Assembly: GCF_964188315.1 (NCBI RefSeq)
Contig: NC_135661.1
Coordinates: 91,822,001 to 91,886,000, forward strand
DNA: 64,000 nt
Source of the DNA: Podarcis muralis
Taxonomy: Eukaryota
Reading direction: 5' to 3'
Below, piece after piece: positions 46,151 to 60,423 of this stretch. A program made the position numbers and the translations under genes. Within the stretch, counting starts at the first letter, position 1. The number at the start of each line of letters is the position of its first letter. A model generated the notes under the pieces. It was not told where the DNA came from. It searched no databases and was given only the letters and a program-made list of their open reading frames with translations.

Positions 46151-47576
46151 GGCTCACAGCTTCACTCAGAGACCTTGCTTCTTAATGAGCGTCGTATGTA
46201 AGCTTTACTCCAGAGTAGCCCCGTTGACGTTAACGGACCTCACTTGGCCGTGTTCATTAAACGTCAGTGGGTCTCCTCTGAGTAGGGCTAGCATCAGATC
46301 CACCCCATAAATTGCGGGTGGGGGGGCGGCGCTTCTTTGGATCAGAGCCTTGGATATTTTCACACGGAAACCAAAAATAGTGTTGCACTGCTGTTGTTTT
46401 GGGGGGGGGGGGGGGAGGCAAAATCAACAGCCAGCTTCCAAATAGCCTCACAGCTGGGGTGTGTGTGTGTGTGTTTAATTATTTCATTTCCTAATTTAAT
46501 CCCCGCTTTTCAGGCCTCTTGAAGCATCTCACACAGACTTTTTATTTTTAAAAATTATAGATTGGTACAGATAGGTGAAGAATAAATGACGTTTTCCAAA
46601 AACCAGCCCTGTAAAAAATGCAGTAAAATGGAATATCGGGCATGCAGGACTCTCCCCAGAGCCCTGGGATCCTCCAGATACTTTTCCTACCCATCAGCCC
46701 CTCTGTCATGCTGCTGGGCTGGTGGGGCTGATGGGAGTTGTAGTCCAGAGCACCAGGAAGGCAGCTGGCTAGCAAAGGCTAGAGAAAGCTCTCAAAGTGG
46801 CCCCTGCAGGTGGGTTTTCCCCGGGGGGGGGGAGTTAAGAGGGTGGGGGGGCACTGGAGGGGTAATGGACTCTGGCATCGCTGGACCCAGTTCACCAGTT
46901 TTGCTGAATCCATTATACCCGCCTTTCTCAAGCTGTTTTTTGGCTACAACTCCCATCATCCCTGACCTTGGATCCTGATAGCTGGGAATGATGGGAGTTG
47001 TAGTCCAGCAACAGCTGGGGACCCAAACTTGAGAACGGCTGATGCCCGCCCAGAGTGGCTGGGGAAACTCAGCCAGATGGGCAGGGTATAAATAATAAAT
47101 TGTTATTATTATTATTGTTGTTGCTGTTACATAGTTTCAGTCGGTTTCTGAATAGACGTGGAATTGATTGTTACTTCTTTGACTTCTATTGTGTTATTTA
47201 TTATCTTCCTTGGTGCAAACCTCTCTTCTGGGTCTTGCTTCTGACAGGGTAGGGGGCACTGGGGGGGGGGTTTATGAAACCAATGGGGCAGGACCCCTCT
47301 CCAAACAAAATGGGGAACCACTGACCTAGAGTCTGGGCGCCTCTCTAGTGAGGCTCCTCCTGCTCCAGTTTTTGCCTGGTGTGTATGTGTGGGGGGGGGG
47401 GAAGGCTTTGCACCGGAAGGGGCAGGGCCTCCCTCCCCAGGTGGGCAGGGTTTCAAGGGGAGGGGCTGCTGCTGCCGCCACCACCCTGGGGTGACTGTGC
47501 CAGCTGCTGCCTTGGGCCTTGCGTATTCCCCTACAGAGTCCCCCTGACCCCCTCTTCTCTTCCCTTCCCCAGAAAG

Positions 47577-48305
47577 ATGCTGGCCAAGGGCACGAAGCGG
47601 AAGCGGATCGAGGGGGATGAGGGCGCCCCCTCCGCGGCCCCCACCAGCTCCCTCTTCAGCCTCTCGGTCTCCAAGCTGCACCAGAGCCTCCAGCACGTCG
47701 AGCCCAACCTGCGGCACCTGGTGCTCGTGGCAAACACCCTGCGGCGGATCCAGGACGAGATGCAGCCGGCCGCGGGGGCCCTCTTCCAGCAGCCGGACCC
47801 TCCTGCCGCCCCCGCTGGCAGCTCCGTCTGCAGGGAGAGCTCTGGGGGCGCCCTGCCCTGTGCCCTCCAGGACCCTGGCAGGAGGCTGCCTCCGCCACCG
47901 CCTTCTCTCGCCCCCCACGCGGACGAGCTGCTCCTCTCCAGCATGGACCTCTCGGTCTTCTCCACCATCCTGGAGGACCTCAGCGGCCTGGAAGGGTTTG
48001 GGGATGCCGTGCACCCCTCCGCCGCCCAGCCCGAGGGGGGCCCGCTCTGCTCGGAGCCGGAACGGACTTCGCAGCCGTGCTCCTCCGCCCCGCTGGACAC
48101 CCAGGGCCCCAGCACCTACCTGCTGGAAGACGGCCTGGAGGGCATCTTTGAAGACATTGACACCTCCATGTATGACTGTGAGCTGTGGTCGCCCACCAGT
48201 CTCCCCAGCTTCAAGGAGGCCTTTCCCAGCTCGGAGGATGAGCGGCCAGGCTTGGCGGACCTCGATTATCTCATGGACATGCTGGTGGAGGCTCAGGAGC
48301 TGTGA
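47577..48305 (+). CDS. SERTAD1: SERTA domain-containing protein 1 (242 aa, single coding exon)
   Basis: MLAKGTKRKR...SSLFSLSVSKLHQSLQHVEPNLRHLVLVANTLRRIQ (canonical SERTA domain) and FEDIDTSMYD...LDYLMDMLV C-terminus; acceptor AG at 47571-47572. Confidence 0.93.
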   Translation: MLAKGTKRKRIEGDEGAPSAAPTSSLFSLSVSKLHQSLQHVEPNLRHLVLVANTLRRIQDEMQPAAGALFQQPDPPAAPAGSSVCRESSGGALPCALQDPGRRLPPPPPSLAPHADELLLSSMDLSVFSTILEDLSGLEGFGDAVHPSAAQPEGGPLCSEPERTSQPCSSAPLDTQGPSTYLLEDGLEGIFEDIDTSMYDCELWSPTSLPSFKEAFPSSEDERPGLADLDYLMDMLVEAQEL

Positions 48306-48696
48306 CCTGGGAAGGGGGGGAGTGGACGTTCCTGTAGGAGCCGAGTTTCACCTTGGGGTGGAGGCACCTCTGGTGGGTGGGTCGCAAGTGGGCAACGGAG
48401 GGAAAGGGGGGAGTTGCAGTTAGCATCAGGCTGTATTCAGCTCAAGGGTTTTTCTCCAAGTAGACCGACTGTCGGTTAATTTCAGTAGGTCTATTCTGAC
48501 TGCATTGAAACAGCCAGAGCCTTGCATAAAGATGCAAAACGGCCCCATTTACATCTTCTGAGAAGCTGTTTCCTCAGCTTCCTGTGTGAGATAATCCCAC
48601 AAAGGAAGGGGCTCTGCGGCCCCCTTGACATTCCTGGAAGTCAGAGTCCTACTTTCCGTGAGAATCTGGGCACCTCCGAGAGGCTCAAACAGATTA

Positions 48697-48937
48697 CAGT
48701 GGTACCTCGGTTTCAGAACAGTCCTGTTTACGAACGATTCGGTTTACAAACTCCACAAAACTGGAAGTAGTGTCCCGGATTGCGAACTTTACCTTGGTCT
48801 AAGAACGGAATCTGAACGGTGGAAGGGCACCGGCGGCAGGAGGCCTCGTTAGGGAAAGCGCGCCTCGATTTAAGAATGGTTTTGGTTTAAGAACGGACTT
48901 TCAGAACGGATTAAGTTCGGAAACCGATGTCCCACTG
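48697..48937. mobile_element. Tc1/mariner MITE downstream of the SERTAD1 stop
   Basis: TA TSD; TIRs cagtggtacctcggttt / aaaccgatgtcccactg. Confidence 0.8.
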
Positions 48938-51900
48938 TATCTGATACGGCAAGGTTCTGCAACAGCTTTTTAAGGCAGGAATGGCTCTCCTGCTTCCCAG
49001 GGGCAGGGGGGGTGGGATTTTCCATTTGTGGGGGGCTTCCCCCCCCAAAATACCCCCAACGGGCCAGATTTTGACTGAGGTGTTGACCGACTTGTTTGCA
49101 AAGAAGCAGCAGCTGAGTCTCGGTTGTCCTGAAGGGCCTGTTTGCTGAGCTGGCCCCGCCTTCTCCATTTCCTCCTCCGCCCTCGGCTGACTCCTCTGGG
49201 TGGCAAGGGCAATGCCACCCTGCATCCTTGCACACACAGATGTCTGGTGTATTGAGAGCTGCCCTCAGCGGCAAACGGTTGTGAGTCTGGGAGGGTAATT
49301 TATTGTCTGAGTGCTGAGGACTTGAGCTTGGCAATCCCATGTACTGTTTATGTGTCATATAACTTTTTAAATGACCAAATTTATCTTTCTGTGTGTGTGT
49401 GCGTTTCACTTGGGGGACCTGAAAAGGTAGAGCCATAGAAGGAAGGGACCCCTGGGGGTCATCCAGTCTGACCCCCTGCAATCCCTGACCAGTGGTCACC
49501 CAGCCTCTGCTTTAAAGGAAAGGCCAGCGCCTTCCAAGGGAGACCTCCAGAAAGGTCTTCCGGATGTTCAGCTGGAATCTCCTTTCTTGCAATTGGAAGC
49601 CGTTGGTTCCTGTCCCGCCCTCTGGGGCAGCAGAAAACAAGCTGGCTCCGTCTTCCATGGGGCAGCTGGAAGGGGTCCGAGGGTCATCTAGTCCAACCCC
49701 CTGCAATGCAGGAATCGCAGCTTGCTGCCTCCTTCATGGCTCAGGGGCAGAGGTGCTATATCTGAGCAGTGAGGGTCCCGAGGTGTTGCCTTCATTCGTG
49801 GTCTGGCAAGAAAACTGAGAGGGGGTGTGTTCCTTGTTGGATATCCTTTGATGGGGGGGATGGAACAGCTGATTGGAAGTTTGCTCCAGAATCACTTGCT
49901 CCAGAATTACTTGACTATCATGTGATTCTCGTAAGTCTTACCAGAAGGGGATCTTTCAGACTGGATCTATCCCCTAAAAGCCACTGGTTGAAGGGGAGGG
50001 GCGCAACTAGCAGGCGGGAAACCACAGTGGCAGGAGGCAGGTAGGTGGCATATTTCAAACCACATTGACACTGATTTAAATTTAATAATGTCAGAAAATC
50101 CCTGTCGGGTCAGACCAAGCTCAGTGCCAACCCCCCCCCCAAATATGTCTTTTGCACCATTGCCAGCCAGCTGCCGCCAGGAAGCCCCCACTCAACCAAG
50201 GCTACAAACACAGCATTTGCCCACAACGTCTGGCACTTGCAGGTATATCACCCCTGTATGTGGAGGCTCTGTTCAGTTGGCATGGGGGGTGAGGCAAAAG
50301 TTGGGTAAAGAAAACTTTAGCTCCTTCTCCCATCATACTAAATGTCTTTTTCCAAAAGAGCCCTGAGGGGTTTTGGGGAAGGGGCCCCTCAAAGGCTGGG
50401 CACACGCCTGGCCCATTTGTAGGCAACACACACAACACCGTTGATTTGTGTCTGTGGGCACAACAGAAAGTGCCTTGCAAGCAGACAGAGACCACGTTGA
50501 GCACAGAAGTCCTGGTTCGTTAGACAACCACCGCAGAGGGGGAAATGTGTGATTCAGCCCAGAAAAGCCCCCTCCTTGCGCTCTCTGCATCCAGGGAATC
50601 TCCTTATGGGGCCAGACGCAAGCCTGTAGGGCGCTCTTCACTTTGGCCTGGGCTGGTGCAATGCAGGCAGCTGGAATTCACAGTCTGCATTTTATGTTTT
50701 GTGTATCATTGTGTCTGTTGCATTTCTATCCCACGTTTTTCTCCAAGGGACTTAAGGGGGGACACATGGCTTTCCCCCTCCTCATTTAACCCCCAGAACA
50801 GCCCTGGGAGGGAGGTTTGGCTGACACAGCGCCTGGCCCAAGGTCACCCAGTGAGAGTCAAACCCTTGTCTCCCAGGTTCTGCTACTCCGGCATTACTCT
50901 GCTACTCTGACCATTACGCCACCCTCTTTAATCATTCCTAGCCTGCATTCAAAATTGCACCCCCCCCCCAGTCTCGCATCCTGTTCTCAGCGGCTCAATA
51001 CTACTATGAATCAAGATAGACTGTCTCTGGGCCTGGAGGTTCCATAAGAAGACATCTGAAGGCAGCCCTGTTTAGATACGTTTTTAATGTTTGAAGTTTT
51101 TTTATTCTGTTGGGAACTGCCCAAAGTAGCTGGGGAAACCCAGCCAGACGGGTGGGGTATCAGGTCAGTGGTCCACCTAGTCCAGCATCCTGCTTTCACA
51201 GTGGCCGACCAGACTCCCGTGATGGGAAACCTGCAATCAGGATTCGAACACTAGAGCAGCTCTCCCGACTCTAGCCACTGGGGTTCAGAAGTGCTGCCTC
51301 TGACCATGGAGGCAGCGCATGGCCATGTAACCACTGATAGTGCTCTCCTCCATGAGAGCTCCTCCTTCGATAGCTGGAAATAATACCACAGCAATTAAGA
51401 AACATTATCATCAGCCGTCAAAAACCAGGGGATAAGGGAGTTTCTGAAGTCCTCCAATGGGTTTGGTGGGTTCCACCAGGGAGGGAATCCTGCGGTGTGC
51501 AAAGAAAGGGAAAGTCTCTTTCCGCCCCAGACTTTGCTTTTTAACCATGCACTTATCCTCTGCGCCTCTGGGGGGGGGGGGTCTCCCAATATATGGGGCT
51601 TCAGCTGAAGGTGGTCTCACTTTCGCATCCCGCTGGCGCTGGGAGATGGAGACCAGGGAACGAGGAAGCCTCTCTGCCCTTCCAGGGTCGGGTCCCAATT
51701 CTGTGGACTGAAAGAGGACGTGGTGGGGGTTGGAGGGGCGATAACTGCTGTGCTGAGCAAGGGGTTTTAGCACGGAGTCAGGTGAGCCCTGGCGTGTGGG
51801 GGGCGGGCGGGGAGTGTCCACTTCTCAAGGGGTAATAATACTAATAATTTATTATTTATACCCCAGCCACTCTGGGCGGCTTCCAACAAAATATTAAATA

Positions 51901-53883
51901 CAATAATTTATCAGATTTTAAAAGCTTCCCTAAACAGGGCTGCCTGTTTGTGAAGCTGAGGCTCCCCGTCCTTTCGAGATTGTGTGGCAGGTGGAGACTT
52001 CAGCACTGAACGGCAAGGAGCCGTACCTGGGTCAGGTGTTTTGAAGTCTGGGGCTGGGCAGGAAGCGGAGGGAGGAAATGATGCGTCGACTCTGCGGGCC
52101 TGACTCATGTCCCTTGGCATCTGCCCCCCCCCATGGGTCCTGCCCCATTGCCCTAGATTCCGCCTGCCTTAATCGCCCGCTGGTTTGGGGGCAGGCAGGC
52201 AGCGCGTCGGGATGGAGGCGGGACCTGGAAACAAGGAAAAGGAGGGCGCCTTCATAGGCCTGGCAGAGCGGGCTCAGCGGCTGCCCAACTTCTCAGACCC
52301 CTTTTCCAGTGCCCCCGCTGCTCCATCCCGCCCCCTCCTTGGGGCACCTGGAAGATGAATGTGCTATAGGAGGCGTTCTCAAAGTCAGTGTTGGGGGGTC
52401 TTGGGGAGCGGTGGGATTCCCTGGGGGGATGCTAAGAGGCGGGGGGGGCAGAGGGGGAGCTGGAGGTGTACATTCATTCATCATTCATCATTTTATTTGT
52501 ACGCCGCCTTTTCATAGTTAAAAGAATGCTCAAGGCGGCTTACAACCTGCCAAGATTTACATAATTACCAACATAACAAAAGTCATAAACAATAAATAAA
52601 ACACACCAAAAAGTACACAACCAAATGGAAAACAAATTCCACATAAATTATAAAATCTAAAACTAAGAATACAGCATTCATATCAATCACAATTTAAAAT
52701 GGCATACATAAAAAATAAAAGCAATTTGAAAACAAAAACGGAGCCCTCTCTGCCCAGCCTCTCATACTTTGCAAAGATGGCATCACCAGATCAAGACAAT
52801 TCGTTTGGTGGAATTAATTAAAGTAAATAGGTTTAACTGGATTTTGAATAAATCAGTTTGTTTCGAGTATTATCCCAATGGTCTTCTTTCGTGGGTCGTG
52901 CAAACGCTTTCCTAGGGCAGTGCTATGGACCTGTTAAAAGCTCAGAGCCTCTTCCAGGAGCAAGAGGGGCCCCTGTTTCTTCCGGAGCTCCTCGGGAGTA
53001 GAGGAACGGAGGAGTAATAACAGAAGGGCAGCCGGAGAGAGACCGGAGGGATGGGATGCCAAGCTCCGGAACGGCGTCTGCGGAGCAGCCACAAGAGGGC
53101 AGTACTGGCTCAGGGCTGAGCCCTCCTGGCCGCCGGCGCTCGAGCTGGACTAGAAGGAGCAGGGCTTGTTTTCTAAAAAAATAAAAATGTTTAGGGGTAC
53201 TCTCATTTTGACTAAAAAAACACACACCGCCATTGGATAGTTCAAATCGGGAAACATATTGGACAAAAGTACAACGATTCACAAAATGTTTAGGGGTCTG
53301 CGTCCCCCCCCCCCCAGGAAAAAAAAGCCCTGAGAAGGAGCATCACTTCCTCCACATCTTCAGGGCCCATAAAAGAAAGTCCTTCTTCATGCGGTGCAGA
53401 GTTAAACCCCGGAACTGACTCCACAGGAGTCGGAGGCAGCCCTGCTTCCCAGACCAGTGGCTTGGGGTTGCAGCAGCTGAGAGCTGGTCCGGCTCGCTGG
53501 TTTCCCAGGGAGGGATCTGGTTGGCCACTGTGAGAGCAGGAGGCGGGACTAGCTGGGCCAGGGTCCTGATCCTGCGGGCTCTTCTTAGCTCTTCAAAGGG
53601 CGCTGCAAGTGAGCAAGGGGACATGATCCATCTCTCTCCAACACACCTCATAGTGGTGCAGAGGCCAAGTCAGATTCCTAGAGTAGCTGAGCTGGGAGGG
53701 ACCAGGAGGCTCATCTGGGCAGGGCCCCCCATCTGGCCCAACTCCTGCAGGGCAGGAATCTGAAGGCAGCCGGTGGAGGGAAGTTGGAATATTTGATGTT
53801 CTATTGTGTTCTCAATGGTCTGTTGGAAGCTGCCCAGAGTGGCTGGGGAGGCCCAGCCAGACGGGTGGGGTATAAGTAATAAA

Positions 53884-53936
<53 letters not shown>

Positions 53937-55710
53937 CATCCAACATGGGGCTTGAAGTATATTAATAGTGACAGTGATATTTTAGGGGGCAGACAAGCAG
54001 GCAGGGCCCATGACTTACATCATGACTTACACAACACAAAACACTGTTGCTGGATGTAGGTTTTATTTTATTTGTTTTTTATCGTATATTTTGGAAATGT
54101 ACATCCAGGTTTTTTTCCTTAATTTTTTTGGGGGCCCCCAAGAGAGTGGGGCCCTAAGCTAGAGCTTGTTTAGCTTATACATAAATCCAGCACTGCTAAT
54201 AACCACCCATTGTGGGAGACTGTCATGCTTTTCCTAGATATAGGTAGGTAGCCGTGTCTGGTCTGCCGTAGTCAAAACAAAATAAAAAATTTTCCTTCCA
54301 GTAGCACCTTCCAGACCAACTAAGTTTGTTATTGGTATGAGCTTTCGTGTGCATGCCAAATGCCTCTTGGGTTTCTGAAACTGTGTAGGACAGGCCATCA
54401 CAAGCAGAGTAAATGGATCAAAACCTTCACCCATGTGCCTGGGGGTTGTTGCCAGGATGAGGCAGGCGGGATTTAGGCCTTTTGGGACCAGGAGAGAGGA
54501 GGTTGCAAGACAGTTCCTCTTTTCTGCTGCGACATGTTGGGAGAGTCAAAGTTACCCCACAAAGCCATGACTGCTGCTGCTTCCCAGCACTGAGAGAGCC
54601 TGGGATGCCCTCGCAAATGGAAATCCATGAATGCCTGAGGAGGCCGTGGTGAATGGCTTTAAAAGAGGATGAAACCAATTCATGGAGGAGGAGGAGGAGG
54701 AGAGGGCCATTGAGGGCTTTATGTTGAGTACGGACGCCTATTTATCTAGGAAAAAAGCACTGGCTCTGTCATGCTTCTGCATCCTAGTGGCTGGAGACCG
54801 GAGGAAGGGAGAGTGGCTCTTGCGCCCGGATCCTGCTTGCTGCATTCCCACAAGAGGCTTCTGGTCGGCCCCTGGGAGAAGAGGAGGCTGGACTGGAAGG
54901 GCCATTGGCCTGGTCCAGCAGCATCCTCTTGCGTTCTCCTGCGGGGCGGGTGGGCGTGGCCCCTGGCTCTCCCCGTCACCTCAAGGAAGTCCCCTCTCTG
55001 ATGAGGACGTCCGGTGTTTATTCTGGATCCTCCTGGTGCTTGACCTGCTGCCATGAAGGGGGGGGGGCGGATGCAAGGAGCGCCGGAGTCTTATTCCAAA
55101 CAGGGCTCAAATATAGCTCTGGCTCCCTGTGCTATCTTGGGAACAGGCTTACTTTTCACCCTTGGCCGGAGAGTCCGGGGGCCTCTTCCTGCGCTCTGCT
55201 CCCAACCGCAGACACGGACTCAGCCCCCTCCAAGTCCTGGAGCTGTCCAGGGGGTGCCTTGTGCTGGAGAAATCACTGCTGTGGGGAGGCCAGGCCCAGC
55301 CCGTGGGGTGCAAGGTGGCCTGCATTCCACAGAAAGCCCAACCCCTCCTTCCAGCTTACATCTTTTTCTGTGGTTGCTGCCAGTTTCCAGAATTCCCTTG
55401 CTGACTCGCTGCGCTTGCAAGGCCTAGATGACCCTGGAGGTCGCAGAGATTCTGAGACTATTGGCAGCAACTGGTAGTGGGACATCATTGCAGCCTTCTC
55501 CTCCATGAGTGAATGAATGAAATGTTGCATTTATATCCCACTTTTCCTCCAAGGACAGCATACACTATTTCCCCCTCCCCATTTTATCCTCACAACACCC
55601 CTGCGAGGTAGGGCAGGCTAAGAGTCAGCGACTGGCCCAAGGTCACCCAGTGAGCTTCATGCCTGAGTGGGGATTTGAACCCAGGTCTCCCAGGACCTCA
55701 TCTGACATAC

Positions 55711-56035
55711 TCTTCTTCTTCTTCTTCTTTGGCGATCCCTCATAGACGAGTAAGATTGTCTTCCATAAACACGGTTTTAACAATGAGTCCGTAAGTGACT
55801 GAGGAGGCCAATTCTGGATCCACACCTCCTTCCACAGTGGGGACATTGGTTTCCGGGCAAAAGTTGATCCCAGCGAGGGTTTGCCAAGTGTGCCGTCCTC
55901 TTAGCACATTTCTCCCTTGCGTCCTGAGTTTGAGCGTCTTCAAAGCCCAGGACACCTTGGGTCAAGGCTGTTCTCCAACTGGAGCGCTCGCAGGCCAGTG
56001 TTTCCCAATTGTTGCTGTTTATGCTACATTTTTTA
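55711..56035 (-). mobile_element. RTE-clade LINE 3' end with (GAA)n tail
   Basis: ...CPHCGRRCGSRIGLLSHLRTHC C2H2-like C-terminus; (TTC)n at 55711-55730 on the plus strand. Confidence 0.8.
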
Positions 56036-57368
56036 AACACCACACTGACTCTCTCCTTTACTGAATACCAAAAGTTCAGTTTCTGATGCATGTTTGTGAT
56101 CTCTGAATTTTTAAAGTATTAGAAGTTAATTTGCTTTTAGAAAAATTCATGGAGTACGGTAATCAGGTCGTGTATCCACAGCAGTGACCAGAGGAGGAAT
56201 GACGCTGGGAGGAGCGCAGAGAGAAGAAAGGTCATGGTGCATCTGCAGCAACACAACCGGGTGCCTTCCTCTGCCCCGGCTGCAACAAAACACCTCTCCC
56301 CTATCGGTCTCTACAGTCACAGCAAGCGCCACAACTCTCCAGTGGTTTGACTTCACCCCCAAAGGCACACTCCTCCATTGGGGGTATCTGGTTGGCCACT
56401 GGGAGAACAGGGTGCTGAGAACATTGGCCTGGTCCACAGAATCATGGAATTGTAGAATTGGAAGGCGTCCCGAGGGTCATCTAGTCCAGCCCCCTGCAAT
56501 GCAGGAATCTCCGCTAAAGCATCCAAGATCTGCTTCAGAACCTCCAAGGAAGGAGAGCCCATCACCCAGCAGGTTCTCCTGATGTTCTTGTCTCTTCGCA
56601 AAGCTCTTTGGGGTTTCTTCTTAAAGTTAAGCGATGTATACATTTCTAAATCAAATAAATAACTTGCCCAAACCTCTGGGGCTGGACTGTTGTTCCACTG
56701 GGTGGCCCAGGAGTCTGGGTCTCAGGGAGGTCTAAAACTGCTGGACTTTGCAGGGGACAAAGAGGCAGGCGCTCGGACGGCTTCCTCTGGCTCACTGCCC
56801 TCCCATCCGAGCGGCCTGTCCAGGGGCAGACGGGACATGGGGGGGGCCTCCCTTTTGTCTGTGCCGGGTGTCCACTGAGTCCAACAATGCGGGGATGCTT
56901 TTCAGAGGCTGCCCAAACTGCTGATGGTGGCCTTGCGCTAATCCTGCTGGCTGGCTCCCTTTTCATGCCTCGGTGTGTGTTGGGGGGCTGGGCTGGGGGG
57001 CTGGGCGGCATTTCGCTGTGCTTGGCAGCTCGGCACGGCATTGCCCCCCGCCCCAGAGCTGTGGGTGCTTCCCTGTGGGACGAAGCTTGGGGATCTGGAG
57101 AGCAGGGCAGAAATGTGCGAGTGCTTTGCCCGGGTGTTTGGGGTCTCCTGGTCCCCAGCAGCCAGTTATGGTAAGGTGGAATTGCGGGGGGGGGGGGGGG
57201 GGGGAGGTAGCAGACTTGGAAGAAGGGAAAGTGGGGGGTGGCTCCCCTGGAGTTGCCCGCTGCCCCTGAATGCCTCCTTCAGGCTGGGCTCAGAGGCAAC
57301 AACTGGCCTGAAAGGAAGGTGAGGGGCTCTTGGTGTGTGCTGGGTGGGGCGGATTTTGGTGTCTCCTA

Positions 57369-57404
<36 letters not shown>

Positions 57405-58229
57405 TTATTTATACTCCACCCATCTGGCTGGGTTTCCCCAGCCACTCCTATTCAACTTATAGGAAGGATGTGTCTTGACCCACAAAGGAGCTGGGAGATT
57501 TTGGAGCCTGCAAAGTGGCTGCTGTAGGAAATGTATATGGGGGTGGGGCTGAAATAATAATAATTTATTACATTTATTACCAGCCCTTCACCAGTAGCTC
57601 TCAGGGTGGGTTCCAGCAATTTAAAATTCATAATTAAAAGCAGCTAAAACAGGTTATGCTGCATAAACTATTTCCAGCTCAGCTGGTTCTAATAAGAACT
57701 GTAACTTTCAAGACTTTCCATTTTTCCTTCTCCCTCCCTGTCCCTCTTTTCTTATCTGCTATAAGAAACTCTTCTGTGTCGATCACAGCTTTAGCTTCCT
57801 TGTCAGGTGGGGGGGGGGGGGAATCTGCTGGAAACAGCCCTCCTTCCTGGTCTCAGGAAAGGGTGATCCCAAGGGCAGGGCGCCTGACTGGCTCCTAGGA
57901 GGTCTCGAGTTCAGCTTCCGAAGGGCAGCACGCAGGTGGGGCTGGCTGGAGAGATCTCCTGGACAGCTGCTGCCAGTCAGTGATGGCTGTTATCTGGCAC
58001 GGCATAAGGCACCTCCAGTCGCCATGCCAAATGGGGGAGCAACCCCCTGCTGCTCCCAGGGCTTGAGGAGGGGGCGGGTTTGGGGCATCCTGAAGGGCGA
58101 GGGGATGGGCTCCTGCTGCAGGGCTCGCTTTCCGGCAGAGCCCAGCCCCCAAGGGCTGGTGGAAGGGGACTGGCATCAAGCCCAGTGGCCCCCGCCGTGG
58201 CACAGGCTCTCTGCACATGCTCAGGCACC

Positions 58230-58960
58230 CCTCGGCCGCACGTGGAGACGGGCAAATGAGAGGGCGAAGCGGGGGAACCTTCCACGCGGAGAAGCAGCCC
58301 ACTCGGGGCGCCCCCTTCATATTTCTCCACGGTGGGTGGGGGCCAAGCGCCTTCAAAGAGCAACCGGGACCCGGCCCGTCGTTCCGTTTGCAGCGGCCCC
58401 CGGCCCGCCGCTGCCTCTGGAGCCTCCGCTCCTCGCCTCTGAGCGCGTGCAGAGCGCCGCGAGGGCCCCTCCGCCTGGCCGCGCTCTCGGGGGCGGCTTC
58501 CTGCGCGGCGGCGGCGGCCCCTCCCCGGGCGGGACCGGGACTGCCTTGACCCTCCTCCCGCCCGGCCCCGGCCCAGCTGGGCGCCCACGGGCTGGAGGGC
58601 CGGCCGGAGCCGCCCCCTTCCTGCTGCCCGGCAGCGCCCCGGCCCCGCGCCCGCCCAGACCGGCCCAGGCGAGCGCAGCGCCGGAGCGGGAGCCGGAGCG
58701 GAGCCGGACCGGGTAAGCAGCCGCCGCGCCGCCGCCGCTCTCTTGGGGAAGCCTCTCCGCCAAGCGGGCGCCCCGGAGCCCCCGCTTCCTCCAGGCTCAG
58801 CCCCGGCGCGGGATTCGAACCGGCAGCCCCAGGAGCCTGGCTGGCCGTCCGGGGAGGCCGGGGTGGGGCTGCGATGGCGGGGCTGCTGTTCCTAACATCC
58901 CACCCCTCGGAAGCCACTCTCTTGGTGGGGGTACCCTGGGTGTCGCGCCTGCTCTGCGCC
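58230..58960 (+). promoter_or_regulatory. CpG island with probable non-coding first exon of the next gene (PRX expected by synteny)
   Basis: CpG-dense; donor CGG|GTAAGC at 58712/58713; no coding exon recognised downstream in the window. Confidence 0.55.
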
Positions 58961-60423
58961 TTTCTAGCCCCCTCTTATTCCGCTCCCGCCTCTCTAAATC
59001 ATCCCAAGCTGCAGGGACACTTTTCGCCCCCCCCCCCGGCCTGGACTTAGTACCCTCTGAGCAGGAGGTCTGTCACCTCTTGGGGGGTAGTGCTCCGTGT
59101 CCCCCCCCCCCCCCACGCTGGTCTTGCACAGGATTGGTTTCAGGCAGTGCCTTTCTGTATGCCCAGCGATGGGGGGGGGGTCTCCTCTAAAGCAGCAGTT
59201 GTTCTCCTTGGGCAAGAGGGCAGAGCCCCTCAAAGCCCCCCAGCAAGGACCGGTCAGAGACAGGGGCGCCGGCTTGGCCTGCCCGACTAGGAGGTACCGT
59301 ATTTTGGCTGGCTGGCTAGTGCGGCCCAAAGAGGGTCCTTCCGGCCGTGGGGAGCTTGTCCTGTGATGGGGCAGGGAGTTGCTTGGCCTGGTCTGATCCC
59401 CCCCCATAATTGGGGTGCTCGCTGCTCTCCCCTTGAAAGGATGGAGAGGGGTCTGGGTGTGCTTTCACCTCCATTTGAAGCCTGGCTCTTAGATTCCTAT
59501 TGAAGCTCATTTAGTGTTGTTTTTTAAAGAAAAACTCCTAAAAAGAAAATATGGCTAACCTGATCCAAAACACCCACCCACCTCACTCACACACGAAAAC
59601 AAAGATCACCACAGCCAACCACAAGCAAACAATCACACCCTAGGCCAACCCCAACCTCTCTCACCACCAAAGGAACACAAGTGAACGACACAAATAACGC
59701 TGACACCAAACTCTACATACATTAAGCATAATAGAAACACCGCCACCCGACCCCACCCCCATCCATCTTCCCTCTCTCCACCCCCCCTTTTTCTTCTCTC
59801 TTTCTTTTTTCTTCTCCCCCTAATGCCTCAACAAATGAAATGGATTTGTAAAAATGTCAAAGGGAAAAAACAAACAAAAAACGAGGCACTACACTTCTGT
59901 AAAACAAGAAAATCCTTAATAAAATATTAAAAAAAAAAAACTCCTAAAAAGAAATCAGAGCAATTTACAACCATTGTACAGAAAACAATATAAACATGTT
60001 ATAATCAGAGATCAGCTAGCTATTGTGGAAAACCGTGTTCCTGTTTGCCTGGTGAGATAGAACTGCTTTCAGTAGCATTACTAAATCCAAACGAAGGTGC
60101 CTTCTGAATCTCTAGTGGCAGAGTGTTCCACAGGATTGGGCTGAAAGGCTCAGTTTTTCATTGTAGTCAAATGCTCCTCACCAACTCAGGGAATAACCAA
60201 TGGCGCTCCTGCAGATGATCTCAGTGATGGAGCCAGGATTGGTCCCTGAGCAATTTAGGCCTAACTTAATAGGAGGACTTTGAACTTGGTTCAGTAGGAG
60301 ATGGGGAGCCAGTGCAGCTGTTTTAACAATGTCCTTGCCCAGAGGCTCCCGTCAGCAATCTGGCTGCAGCATTCTGCACCGGGAGCTTCTGAACCAGTTG
60401 CCAGGGAACTGGCGATTCCTTCT

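Noticed and set aside
47379-47576. N-terminal extension of the SERTAD1 ORF
   Set aside because: Lies upstream of the acceptor at 47571-47572; the family-type start is MLAKG at 47577.
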